The position numbers and the translations under genes are program-made. The notes beneath the pieces are model-generated. The model did not search any database and was not told the origin of the DNA. It was given only the letters and a program-made list of their open reading frames with translations. A stretch of 64,000 nucleotides of DNA from Cyanophora paradoxa CCMP329 (lineage: Eukaryota > Plantae > Glaucophyta): contig QPMI01000239.1 in NCBI GenBank assembly GCA_004431415.1, positions 48,764-112,763 of the forward strand, written 5' to 3'. The stretch's first letter is position 1. Each line of letters starts with the position of its first letter. Positions 34,866 to 47,615 of this stretch are shown piece after piece.

Positions 34866-37800
34866 ATGTTCGGGCGCTCCAAGATGCCGGCCAGAGGCGA
34901 CGCGCCGCGGGTCCGAAAGCAGGGTGCGTGTGAGCTTTGCATGAGGCAGCCGGCTATGCTCCCGCCCGCTTGGGTTCCACAGTCCGGGTCCTTCGGACGC
35001 TGTCCGGGCCGTCCCCGCCTCCGCCCGGTCCGGCGGCGACGGGTCGGGCGATAGCGGAGCCCCGCGCACACTCGAACCGTCCCCTTTTCTTTTCAGAGGC
35101 CTGCGTGTTGACCTGAGCTTGCAGACGAGCCGGCGTCGTTCCTCACCAAGAACTTGTCAGTCGGAGGCTCGCCGCTCGCCCCGCTGAGGGCGGCGGCCGA
35201 CGAGAGCGGCGGCGGCGATCGCTCCTTCCTCCCGCCGATCTCGGGCTCCGGTAGCTCGCACAAGTCGATGCTCAAGCACCCGTCGAGCGGGGCCCTGACG
35301 GCCAAGCCGGCGCGCGCGCTGGAGCACGACGCCCTCCTCATCGACAACGCGCCCCGCAGTGTCAGCGCCGGTGATCGCCAGCGCCGCCCCGCCCCGGCTC
35401 CCCTCCGCCGTGGCTGACGGGCTCCGCGCTGCAGACGTGCCGAGCTCCTTCAAGAAGCACGGACTGGCGAGCGTCGGGGGCGGGCACTACCGCCCGAACC
35501 ACAGCAAGTCGGCGCGGGCCCCGCGGCGCCTCGCGCCCGTCGGCAAGCACGCCTCGATTGACGAGGGGCGCGAGGCCTCCGGCTCGCCGCCCCCGCCCGG
35601 CGCGGAGGAGCCGGCGGCGGGGTCCCCCGGCGGGGGGCCGAGGGCGGGGGCGGGGCCGCGGGTGGGGCAGGCGGGGGCGGAGGGCGGGGGATCAGCTTCG
35701 GGGCGCGGGCGGCGCCGATCTCGCTGGGCCCCTCCCCTCGGACCTCGAGGCCAAGCGCGCCTCCATGCCCCACTTCCTCCGCCGCAACCCGCCCGCGCCC
35801 CCAGCCTCCCTCGGGCCCCGCCCATCCCCGCCCCCGCCCGCCCCGCCGCGCCCCGGGCGGCTGCCGGCCGGCTTCGGGCAGCACCGGAGGGTGGAGCACC
35901 CGGCGGCGGCCCCGACGAGGAGGTCGCGTGGCGGGCCCCGGGCGGCCGCGCCGCCGCGCTGGCCCCATCACCGTCGCCGGCGTCGCCGCCTCCGCCTCCG
36001 CCGCCCAGAAGAGCGCCCGCGCCGCCGCCGAGGCCGCCACCGCCGCCGCCACGCCCCGCGATCCCGCCCAGGCCCGCCCCGCCGCGGCCCCCGCCGCCGA
36101 GACGCCGTCGACACCGCCGTCGGCGGGGGCGGGGGCGGGGGCGGAGGAGAAGGAGTCGCCGACGATCGCGGTTCAGGGGCCGTCGATCCGGTTCGGGGCG
36201 AACACGGCGGTGGCGCCGCCGCCCGAGGCGGAGGCGAGCTGGATGAGCACCGAGTCGATGGAGCGGCGGGAGCGCGACTCGGAGAGCGGCGACCGGGCGG
36301 CGTTCCGGCAGAGCGGGCGGAGCTCGGAGGGGGCGCGCTCGACGCTGGCGCCGCCGGGCCCCGGGACGGCGGGGAACCCGTGGAAGCGGGCGATCCGGCA
36401 GGCGATCGAGACGGGGCGGATCGCGCGGGAGGACGTGGACCCGGAGGACCTGCTGCTGGAGATCTCGGGGAAGATGGCCTCCTTCGTGCAGCGCGTCCTC
36501 CACAAGCACGCCGCCTTCCTCCCCGTCCTCTCGCGCCTGCGCCGCCAGAACCTGCTCGAGGAGCGCACCCAGGCGCCCCTCATCGCCTTCGAGGACCTCC
36601 ACCTCAAGCGCCGCCTCGGCCGCGGCCGCTTCGCCGAGGCCATCCTCGCCTCCTGGATGGGCCGGTGCCCGCCCCGCCCGCCCCCGCGCCCCCGGCGCGC
36701 CCCGCTGAAGCGCGGGGGCGGGGCGGGCAGGGAGGTGGTGGTGAAGAAGTACTTTGAGAGCGGGGTGGCGGTGGAGGGCGAGCGCTCCGAGGAGGACCTC
36801 GAGATGCTCCGCAAGGAGACCGGCATCATGAGGCCCGCCCCGCCCCGCCTCGCGCCGCCCCGCCCCGCCCCGCCCCGCGGGCTCAGGCCGGGGCGCAGCA
36901 AGCTCGCCCACCCCAACGTCGTCCGCTGCCTCGGCATCTGCCTCGAGTGCGCCGCCCCGCCCCGCCCTGCCCCGCGGCTCGGGGCGCGACCGGCGGGGCG
37001 GCAGGCCGCGGCACCTCTCCGTGGTGGTCGAGTACTGCGCGAAGGGGAGCCTGGGGCGGTACGTGCGCAACGCCGCCAACGAGATCGACTACGGTTTCTG
37101 CGTCCGCACGGCCACCGTGCGCGCCCGAACCGCGCGCGCGGGCCCCGCCGGGGGGCGGGAGGCGAGGGGGCGGCAGGGGATCGCGCGGGGGATGGCGTAC
37201 CTGCACGGGCTGGAGCCGGCGGTCGTGCACCGCGACCTCAAGGGCGACAACATCTTCCTCGCCGAGGACCTCACCCCCCGCATCGGCCCGCCCCCGGCCC
37301 CCCCGCTGCCTGTACCCCCTCCCTCACCCGCGCCCCCGCAGGCGACTTCGGGCTCTCGATCGACAAGGACAACACGAAGACGATGACCGAGTGCGGGACC
37401 TTCCAGGCGCGCCCCCGCACCCCCGCCCACCTCCTCCCGCCCCCCTCGCCGCTGAGCCGGGGGTACGTGCAGTTCGTGGCCCCCGAGGTCCTCCGAGCGG
37501 ACCCCGCCTCGGAGCTCGTCGACGTGTACGGCTTCAGCATGGTCCGTGCACCCGTGCCCCCCTGCGCGACTCCCGCGCCCCCCTGAGCGCGGGGGGCAGG
37601 TGGTGTACGAGATGGTGTTCAGGCGGACGCCGCACGCGGAGGCGGACATCCTCCCCATGCTCATCGCCCTGCGCGCCGCCTTCGAGCGGCTGCGGCCGAC
37701 CCTCGAGGCGTGCCCCTGGCCCGACTTCGCGGAGCTGATGGAGGAGTGCTGGGCGGACGACCCCAACCGGCGGCCCTCCTTCGCCATGGTCGTCGAGCGC

Positions 37801-39356
37801 CTCGAGGCCTTCCCCCCCGAGCCGCGGCTCCCCGGCCAGCCCCTCGCCCCCGAGTTCGCCGCCATGCTCGCCCGGTGCGCCCCGCGCCCCCACCGCCCCC
37901 GGGCTCCCCAGCCGACGCGGCGCGCGCGTGGCAGGCACGCGGAGGAGATGGCGGCGCGGCCCGAGCGGGAGCCGAGCCCGCCCGCCAGCGGCGACGACCT
38001 CGCGGCGGCGCGCGGCGGCGCGGTGGCCCGCCCGAGCTCCGCGACGGGCCGCCCACCGCGGCCCCCGTCGCCGAGCCGCTTCCGGCTGCGGGCCTCCCGC
38101 CGTCCACCTCGATGGCCCAGGCGCGCCCCGCCCGCCGCCGCCACGATCGCACCCGCCCCGCTCGTCGCTGACGCGCCGCGCGCAGCCGCACCGCCCGTCC
38201 TCCTCCGCGGGGCGCCCGCAGCCGAGGCGGACGCATTCCCGCCCGAGCCGGCGCCGGCCGACCCGAGCAGCAGGAGGCGGCCCCCGAGGCCGAGGCTGCA
38301 GAGGCCGCGGCCGATGCAGCAGAGGCAACCGAGGCTGCAGACGAGGCGGGCGGGGCGGGCGACGGCGGCGCGGCCGCAACAGACGGAGAGCAGGAGGCCG
38401 GAGACGCACCAGCGGCGGATGCGGCGGCGGAGGGCGAGCCGCCCCCCGAACCCGCGGACGAGCCGCCGGCCGCGGGAGAGCAAGCCGAGGCCGAGCAGGT
38501 CGAAGCCGAGCGGGTCGAAGAGGCGCCCGCGGAGGCAGCACTGGCTGAAGATGCGGCCGAGGAGGCGGCGGCGGCGGCGGAGGGGCTCGAGGGGGAGCCG
38601 CCGGGGACGGCGGGGATGGAGGAGGCGGTGCGGGCGGCGGCGGCGGCGGCGGCGGAGGAGGGCGACGAGGTGATGGTCGGGAACGTGAGCGGCGACTTCG
38701 GGCAGGCCGAGGCCGGCGCCGCCGGCGATCCCGAGCCGGGGCCGGGGGAGGGTGCCGTCATCCCGCTGGAGGAGGACTCCGGCCTCGCGGACGCGCCCTT
38801 CGGGATCGCCGACGACTCGCCCGAGGCGGCACTGCTCGCGCCGTTCCGCCGCAACGGCGCCGTCCGCCTGCGCGACCCGCTCTTCATGGAGAACGTCGTC
38901 GCGGGGCGCGATTGGCGGGTCGCCCCGGCCGATGAGCTGTTCGCAGCGCTCGACGCGGCAGCGCGGCGGTACTACGAGGCATACGAGGCGGCGCCGGCTG
39001 CGCGGGACGAGTTCGATGCGGCGCTGGCGCTGGCTCGGGGCGGCGAGGCGCGAGGCGGCGAGCCTGACCCTGCCGACATGCCCTTCGGCATCGCCGACGA
39101 ATCGCCCGAGGCGGCGCTGCTCGCGCCGTTCAGGCGCGACGGCGCTGTCCACCTGCGTGACCCGCTCTTCATGGAGAACACTGTTAAAAGGCTCGACTGG
39201 CGGGTTGCCCCGGCCGACGAGCTCTTCGCGGCGCTCGACGCTGCGGCGCAGCGCTACTACGAGGCATACGAGGCGGCGCCGGCTGCGCGGGACGAGTTCG
39301 AAACGGCGCTGGCGCTGGCACGGGGCGGCGAGGCGAAGCTCGCATCCTCTGAATAG
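34866..39356 (+). CDS. TKL (Raf/MLK-like) protein kinase with acidic linker and duplicated C-terminal domain; multi-exon
   Basis: LGRGRFA, VVVK, HPNVV, VVEYCAKGSL, MAYLH...VVHRDLKGDN, DFG, GTFQFVAPE, DVYGF, CWADDPNRRPSF. Intron 38121-38185 phases correctly into the last ORF. Start approximate. Confidence 0.9.
38790..39335 (+). repeat. 2 x 285 bp (95 aa) coding tandem duplication
   Basis: D(A/M)PFGIAD(D/E)SPEAALLAPFRR...RDPLFMEN...DWRVAPADELFAALDAAA.RYYEAYEAAPAARDEF...LARGGEA starting at 38790 and 39075. Confidence 0.95.
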
Positions 39357-39383
39357 CTTAGGATAAGCTGCAGTCATTGAGTT

Positions 39384-39422
39384 CAATCCCTCGCCCATTG
39401 CGTGCAATCCCTCGCCCATTGC
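39384..39422. repeat. Tandem duplication with 21 bp period
   Basis: caatccctcgcccattgc at 39384 and 39405. Confidence 0.85.
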
Positions 39423-39553
39423 TCACAAAGGAACTTCGGTTTGATGGTTACTTCCGAATGATGTCCATACTACTACTACGATAAGCCTTTGAAGGAAGGC
39501 AAACATGTTGATGCAAAACTACTAAAATGAGGAAGCCTAGGCTATAGCTAGCG

Positions 39554-41869
39554 CTACAGCCGAGTGATGAGCACTTCCGAGAGCTTGACAGTAATATGCA
39601 ACTTGCCATCCTGTCGTGGGGGTGGAACTTTGATCAGCTGTAATCAGAGCTTTAGCTCCAATTGCAAGCAACAGGGCTGAAAACCTCACCCGGAGGTTAG
39701 CCATACTTTCAGCGATGGTTATAAACAGAGGATATCCATTTCCCATTTCCCAGTTTGCTTTTGTCCAAGTATATGAAGCGGGTCCACGAGTAATGCCTGC
39801 AGCCGTGAAGTGGAATTTGACTTGGAGACCCAGTGCCTGGAGAAGGAAATTCAAATCAGAAGTGCCCATTCTATGAAGTGGATGACATGTACGAGTTATG
39901 ATCATGGGACATGCCTCAGGAATTTTGAAACCTTTTGTCGGCAGTAGAAAAACGGAGACGTGGCTTCCCTTGCCAGAGCCGTTGCCCTTGGGGAAGATCT
40001 GCAGCCTCCACGCCCAGCCCCGGCAGAAGAAATCATCCGTGAAGAGCTCGTCTTCTGCGCATGCGGGGTCCCGTTGCCAAGGGACCGCGAGCTCGACGAA
40101 GTCTGCGTTGCTTCTGGACACAGGGCCGCCTGCATCCACCTGGCCATGGTTCGGGCTTACACGTACGGCTACAGTTGCTTTTTCGGGATCGAAAGCGATC
40201 CGAGTTGAATCCGTGCTGAGCTGCTGGAGCTGCTGGAGCTGCTGGAGCTCCTGCTGCAGCTTCGAAAGGATGATGTCCTGCTGCCGAATCTAATCTCCAC
40301 ATGCACAAAAGGTTGATTAGCATACAGAAAAGCTTACACGCTTAATTTGACATCTATCTCCCCCAGAACTCACCAGTTTAAGGGGGCCTTCGCTAGAGAG
40401 TGAGGCTGCGAAGCTTGCAGATTCTTGGAGCCTGTGCTTTGCAGACTTGAGCGAGTCGAGTTGCCGCGCAATGGAGCTCGCTGCAGCTTGCTCATGAGTG
40501 TCGATATCCAACAGCCACGCCCGACGGGCATTCTCAGCCGCGTCACTTATCTGCGCAATTGCACATTCGATGTTTTAGAAGGCTCCGACTGCACTCTAAA
40601 TCTAGAAAACTGGGCACACTGCCTTGGCAGTGTAGTTGGCAGCATCCTTTGAAGTCTTCACGCTGCACTTCAAGAACTCCAAGGCTGACTCGAGCTGCGC
40701 GGTGCGGAAGTCGATCTCCGCAATGGCCACCGGCTGCTTCGCCAGGGCGTCTGCAATCTTGGCCCGCACTTGGGCTGCACCGTCTATGATCGAGATATGC
40801 TTCTGGGCATGACCGGCATGATCTGCTGCAAGGACACTGCGACGAAAATCGAAGTCAGCACGTTATCTCAAATATATTCAAGCACCAACTTGCAACAAAG
40901 GTCTGCACCATTGAGGACAGAACTCGACCTGCTTCTCGCTGCAGTACTGCAAAGCCACGGGTGCGTGGGGGTGCGCGGGGCAGGTGATCGACCGCAGGGA
41001 AGCTGATGGAGGCACGCCCTTCTTGTACGCCTGAACCTCGTGACCATCGAAGGCTTTCATCTGACCGAAAGCTTAATTATAAGCGACATCAAAGCATCTG
41101 ATGTAATTCCAGAATCAAAATCAAAGCGTCCAATCTGCTGACCTTGTGAATATCGTCCGAGCACTTCTTGCAGAAAAGCAGGTCGCAGTCGGGGCACGAG
41201 ACCTCGGCTGGGGTGGCCTCCTTGCAGTTGCTGCAGTCGGCATGCGGGATTGCCTCAAGCTGCTTGTTGAGAATGGTGATCATGTCGGCAATGGCGAGAT
41301 TTCGACGCAGGTCCTGTGCTGTGGGCACAGCAGACTCCTTTCGACAGGCTGGGCACTTGAGCTTGCCATCCTTGATTACTGCCGGATGCATGCATATGAT
41401 GTCAACGAATAAAAATGCACAAACATTTGAAAGGCCCTAGTCATAAGCTTAAGCCTAGAACTTCAAAAATGACTTACGCTGCTCGGCGCAATTGTAGCAG
41501 CTGGAATTGGCAGCATCGTAGTGAGCGAACAGTATATAGACGTGGAAGATCAGGACCGGTGCGGCCCGGCGGCGTCACAATCAATGTCATTAGATATATA
41601 AGGGAGCAGAACGCACAGTGTGTGATCACATCCCGGGAGGACGCGGGGGTCGCTGTACGGCTCGCAGCAGACTGTGCACTCTGCCCACCGCTGGAGCTCC
41701 TGCATAGCATCGCTGAGGTGCTGCGCTTCGGGCTCAAATGCAGAAATAGTAGAGGATGGTCAATGCTGATCATGATGATTGAACAAACTTTGACATCAGC
41801 TGCAGCATTTGAAGGCCCCGCCTCCGATTCTTCGTCGCCAGCCTTGCGCTTCTTAGAATTAGGGGCCAT
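39554..41869 (-). CDS. TRIM/RBCC-like E3 ligase: RING - B-box1 - B-box2 - coiled coil - MATH; multi-exon
   Basis: RING CTVC...CDHTL/CYNC.../CPAC; B-box1 CSNC...CPDCDLLFCKKC...H.../...H; B-box2 CPAH...YC...FCPQ/C...HAGH; QQL coiled coil; MATH WRLQIFPKGNGSGKGSHVSVFL...GYPLFI...DGKLHITVKL. Confidence 0.85.
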
Positions 41870-42809
41870 CGCGACAGCGGTACCTGATTATGATCATGAG
41901 ACAGCGCATAGCCATTGGTTAGCACGCGGCAGACGCGTTTAAGTGTGCATGCGTTAGCTTGGACATCGACGACCCTACACGCACTAAGACATTAACTAAA
42001 ATGCAATTGCTATAGCTAGCTATGCGATATCGGTCATGCCTGCAGCTGATCATGATGATGAATTCGAAGCGATATCGGTTAACGTTAAAGACGTTGCAAT
42101 TGCCAAGTCCCGCACCGTGCTAAGTCCAGCACGTACTATACGCGAGGCTAGGCCTAGGCCGGAAAGCTCGAGCTCCAGTTGCAGCTGCGCATGCGCGCGC
42201 ATGCACAGATGTCGACGTGAACTTGAGGCGAGGCGGAGAAAGAGTCGATAGCTTCGAAAGGACCCACGTGCACCGGCCGCGGACAAGCTCAAGATCTGCA
42301 GCTGCCGATCTCCGAACTTGAGCGGATGCGGAACACGGAAAGGCGCCGTTCGATGGCTAGATCGCTTCGAAAGGATCTACCTACCTAGAAGATCTGCCAG
42401 TCGCCAGGTCGAACTCAAGTTGCACCCCAGGCGAACGTGGCAGTCGTTGCGATTGAACGTGCAGACGCTTTTCCCACCTCTCAAAGGACCGAAGAGCCGG
42501 CGATGGACGCAGGAATTTTGAAGACGCCGACGAGGCCTAGGAAGACGAGGCTAGATATCCTGTACCCTCCTGGTGCCTACCGCGTACCCCCGCCCTGCCA
42601 GCAGCCTGCTATATACTACGTATAAGTACGTGCGTACTAGGGAGGCTATTGCCGACCGCGGGCCCCTCCGGATCCTGATTATGACATAGCCTGAGTTGTG
42701 CGTATCATGATCAGGCCGCAGCTGCAGTGCACGTGCGCGATTCGGACAACGTATATGTACAGCCGCTAGCGCTAGCGCTAGCTATAGCGCTACAGCTGGC
42801 ACGTCAGAT

Positions 42810-45800
42810 CTAGAGGCCGTAGAAGTCCTGGAGCCTCCTGACGAAGCGGGCAAGGGAGCCCGGGGGCAGCGGGGCCACGAGGAGGCCCCCCGACGCGGCG
42901 TACGCCGCCTGGTTCGCGCCCGCCACGCCCATCGGCACCGCCTTGTCGCCCCCGAGCGCCCACAGCGCTGCGATGCCCGGCCAGGCGCGCCCGGTGAGCG
43001 ACTGGCCAGTCGGGGCGAGGGGGCCGGGAGCAGCGAGTGAAGGGGCGCACCGGCGCACTGGCAGACGCCCTCCTCGAACTCGGGGTACTGCATCTGCATG
43101 CGGTCCACGAAGCCGTCCCCCGCGGGGTCCGAGGTGAGGTACGCCTCCAGCTCCGCCCTGTTCACCCGCAGGAACGCCCGCACCGCCTCCCCGCCCCGCC
43201 GTCAGGCTCTCGAGGGTGGAGGAGGGCGGGGCGGGGCGGGGGCGGACCATGGCGTAAGAGAGGGCGCCGCCGGAGCCGATGAGGCCGGCGAACTTGAAGA
43301 GGAGCACGAAGTCGGCCAGCGTGATGCTCACCGAGGCCAGCGCCGGGCCCTCCGGCTGCACCGGCTGCACCGCCCCGCCCCGCTCGAGCGCCGCGTGGCG
43401 GGCGGGGGCGGGGAGGAGGGAGGGGAGAGGGCGCGCCGACTTGGCGGGGATGCGGCGGAAGAGGCGCTGCAGCACGGGCGCAAGCGGGGCCAGCTCGTTC
43501 TGGCAGGGTCCACCGTCGGCGTCAGGCCCGCGGGGCGAGGAGGGACGGAGGGAGGGAGGGCGCACGCGGACGGCGGGGGAGTCGAGGAGGGGGACGGAGC
43601 TGCGGGCCGGGGCCGGCGTGAGGGGCGGCGGCGCGGGGCGGGGGCGGGGCGGGGAGCGGGGCGGGCACGAGGCGTGGAGCTCGGCGAGGGCGGTGTCGCC
43701 CACGGCCGCCACGTGCGCCTCCACGAACCGCCGCACCCGCTGCCCCTCCGCAGGTGAGGCCGGGCGCGGGGAGGGGCGCGCGGGGCGGACCCAGGCGGCG
43801 TTGGAGGCGCCGGGAGCACGCCGGCGGCGGCCGCGGCGTCGTCGTCGTAGAGGAGCGACGCCACGCGCATGAAGCCCTGCCCGGGGGTCAGAGGGGAAGG
43901 GAGCGGAGACGAGAGCGGGGGCGCAGGCGGACGTCGATCATCTCGGAGGCGGTCATGCGGGCGGCGCCCTCCTCGCCCTCCTCCTCCTCCGCCCTCCGCG
44001 CCGCGTCGCCGACCCCGCCGCCCGCCCCGGCGTCGCCGCCGGCGCCCGCCCCGTCGTCGGCGAGGGCGGGGCGGGGCCGCGGGGTCGAGGGATAGGAGCA
44101 GCGGGGCGGCTTCCCGGGGGCGACCCGAGCTCGGCCCCGGCGTGGCGGAGCCGGCCGCCTGGGGGCGCGCGCGGCGGCCCCGACCCCGGGCGGGTGGAGG
44201 CGGCCGACGAGGGGCGCCCCGAGTTGGGCGGCAGGGGCGACGCCGAGCCGGCGCGGCCCGAGGCGGGGGCATGGGCGAGGCCGACCCGGGCGGGCGGCGG
44301 CGGAGGCGGAGGGGGGAGGGTGGAGGGGGCGGGGAGTGCCCCGGGGAGGGCGGGCTAATGTCGGGAGGCGCCACGGAGAAGGCGGGGCCCGGGCCCGGGG
44401 CCGGGGTCAGGGAGGCGCGGCGGGCGCCGGTGGCGGCGGGGCCCGGGGGCGGGGCGGTCTCGCGGTTGGCCGCGATGAAAACGTTCACCAGCGCCGCTGT
44501 CGCTCCGTCGAACAGGTCCGGGCGAGCGGCGGGGCGGGCGGGGGCGCACCCTCGCCGAGGGGCACGCCCATGTCGCGCATCATCGTCAGCCACTGCGCCT
44601 TCGAGAGGGCGAACTGCGCGCGGGAGGGGGTACAATAAAGCGAGGTGGGGTACGCGGGAGGGGGAGGGGGGTACACAGACCTGGCCCTGGCGGGCCTTGA
44701 GGTGGAAGCGGAGGGCCCCCGAGAGGAGGTACCGGAAATAGAGCGCCCGCACCCGCCCTGCCGCCCGCCCCGTCGCAAAAGGGGGGGTTGAAGGGAGAGC
44801 CGGGAGGGAGGGGAGGGGCCCGGACCCTTGTGCTTCGTCCACTCGTCGACGACGAGCCGGCGGTCGGCCACGCCCGCCGCCCCTGCGCGGCGTCAGAGGC
44901 GGGCCGGGGGCAAAGCGAGGAGGAGGGGTACCGGGGCGCCAGAAGTCGGGCATGTCGACGACGCGGCGCAGCTCGCGCATCTGCGGCGGCGTCACGGAGA
45001 GGGGAGGGGCGAGGGTTGCAGCGGAGGGGCGCGGCGGGCCTCGCGCTCGACGGCGGCGACGAGGGCGGCCCAGTCGAGGGAGAGGACGTGCGCCCGCCGC
45101 CAGCAGAAGCGCCTGCCGCGAAACCAATCGGCCGGGGGCGGAGGCGGGGCGGGGCGGGGCGGGGCGGGCGGGCCAGCGCTTGTAGCGGAGGTAGCGGCGG
45201 AGGGCGCCGAGGAGCGTCCGCCCCGCCGCGACCCGCCGGCGGTGCTCGCGCCGGGACAGGGCGCCCCGCACGGCAGCCTGGATGAGCCGCGCCGCCCGCC
45301 CGCGGCGCAGGTCGAGGCGGGCCTGGCGGGCGCGCCAGGCGGCCTGGAGGGCGGTGGCGGCGGCGTTGATGCGGCGGCGCTGGTGGCGGTCGAGGATGAC
45401 GGCGTCCTTCGCGTGGCGCGCCCAGCGCGTGAAGGCCGCCGCCTGCCGCCACCGCAGCGCGCACCGCCGCACCAGCGCCAGCAGCCGCCGCTCCCGCGCC
45501 CGCCCGCGCTCCTCGGCGCGGCGCAGGAAGGCGTGCCAGCGCCACGCCCGCTGCACGACCGTCGCGCCGGCGGCGCGCTCGCGCTGGTGGGAGCGGAGCC
45601 AGCGGCGGTAGCGCAGGCGGCGCCAGAAGCGCTGGATGACCCCGGCCGCCTGCTGGCGGTTCCCCGTGTACCAGTTCAGCGCCCGCCGCCGGCGCGCCAT
45701 TCGCACGACGGCCTGGATGCGGGCGGCGGCGCGGGCGAGCCGCCGGTGGTTGTTCGCGAAGGCCATCCGCACCCGCACGCCCCGCCACAGCTTCTGGATC

Positions 45801-47615
45801 TGCGCCGCGGTGAGAGCCGCGCGGCGGGGGCAGGGATGGGCGGTGCGGGGCGGGCGCACCCGCAGCACGCTGGCGCGGCGGAGCTCGCCGGCGCGCTGCG
45901 CAAGGAGCCACAGCCGCTGCGCCCGCCACGCCTGCCGCGCGCGTCGGGTCGGCGCCGGCGGGGCGAGGGGCGCCGGGTGCGGGCGGCGAGCGGACCCGCC
46001 AGAGCTTCTGGGCGGCGGCGCGGCGGCGGGCGGCCCAGTGCCGCCAGCGGACCTGGATCGCCACCGCCGCCAGGTGCATCGCCTGCGGCCCCGCGCCGCC
46101 GTCAGAGTCGGACTTCGCAGAGGATCTCGGGGGGCGGACGTTGAGGCGGGAGACGAGGGTCGGGCGGTGGCGCCCGACGAGGAAGCGCCGCACGCAGGCG
46201 TTGATCGGCACCGCCGCCAGGAAGCACTGCCGCCGCCACCGCAGCAGCCGCCCCGCCAGGAACCGCCGCCCCGCGCACTGGATCATCACCGCCGCCTGCG
46301 GGGCAGGCTCGTCGGTCGGGGCGGGCAAGGGGCGGCGGGGGTGGCGGCTGGGGCGCGCACGTAGAAGCGCTGCCGCTGCCGCGCCTGCTTGCGGTACCAC
46401 GAGGCCGGCGGCCGCGGCGACGCCGGCACCACGCGCCTGCGCGCAGGCGTCGGCGCCGGCGAGGATGCGGGAGGGGCGGGGGGCCGGGGTACGCTTGGAA
46501 GAGGGACTTGGCGCGGCAGTTGGAGCAGGCGTGGGGCTCCCACTCGGCGCGCCCGGGCTGGAGGGGTGGAACTTGGCCGCCACCGCGAGCGCCTCCCGCC
46601 GCCGCTGCTGCCGCACCTCCGCCGACACGCGCACGTGGCTCGCCGGCGACGCCGCGCCCGCGCCGGCCCCGTCGCTGCCCCCGTCGCTCGCCCCCTCGGG
46701 GGACTGTGCGCGCGGGGGGTACAGCCGCAGGAACGCCTTCGGGTCCTTCGGGGGCGGCGAGCGCGCAAGGATCGCCTGCTTGGCGTGAGCGCGGGGGCGG
46801 CGCCGGGGCCGGGGCCGGGGCCTGCGGCGCGGACCGACTCGGAGGCGGCCTTCTGCATGGCCTTCGCGCTGGGCGCGTGCGTGATCCTGCGCGCGTGCTC
46901 CTCCAGGTAGGCCACCCCCGAGACGGGCAGCACCATGAAGCGCGCCGCCCCGTACCGCGCCCGCCGCACCGGCGTCCCCGCCACCGTCGCCACCGAGTCC
47001 GCCAGCGGCCCGAACTGCCCCGTTGCCGCCGCCGCCAGCCGCCGCACCGCCGCCGCACTCGCCGGGCGCGACGAGGTGCTCCCGGGGATCGGGGCGGCGG
47101 GGGCGGGGCGGCGAGGCCGGCTTGGGCTGCGCCGTGCGGGGCCGGACCTTGCCGCGGCTGGCGGCCAGGAGGGCGAGCCGCTCCTCCTCGCGCTCGCGCT
47201 CCTCGGCCTCCTCGGCGGCGGCGCGCGCCTGCTCCTCGGCGCGCTCCAGCAGCGCCCGCGTCCGCTCCTTCGCCTCGCGGATCATCTCGTCCGCTTCGGC
47301 CCGCGCCCGCGCCTTCCAGCGCGCCTCCTCCTCCGCCGCCTCCCGCGCCTTCTTCTGCGCCACGAGGCGCTTCGCCAGCGCCTCGTCGAACCAGGCGGCC
47401 CGCCGAGACTCCGCCAGATCCGCCTCCGACATGCGGGCCGGCCGCATCGTGAGGTACGCCTCGCGCCCGCATAGCCAGCGTCCGTCGCGGTCCCGATCGT
47501 CCACCGAGAGCTGGAGCGCGGGCGAGCCCGGCCGCGCGGTGCTCAGCCGCTCAAAGACGCTCGTACTCGCCGCGGACGACGGCCTCCCGGGGCTCCTCCC
47601 CACCTCCCGCGGCAT
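42810..47615 (-). CDS. Large IQ-motif-rich protein with N-terminal coiled coil and two C-terminal p25alpha/EF-hand-like helical modules; multi-exon
   Basis: At least 8 IQ-like motifs (IQCAGRRFLAGR, IQVRWR, IQKLWRG, IQAVVR, IQRFWRR, VQRAWR, LQAAWRA, IQAAVRG). C-terminal LSKAQWLTMMRDMG / ITLADFVLLFKFAGL...MQYPEFEEGV. Confidence 0.7.
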
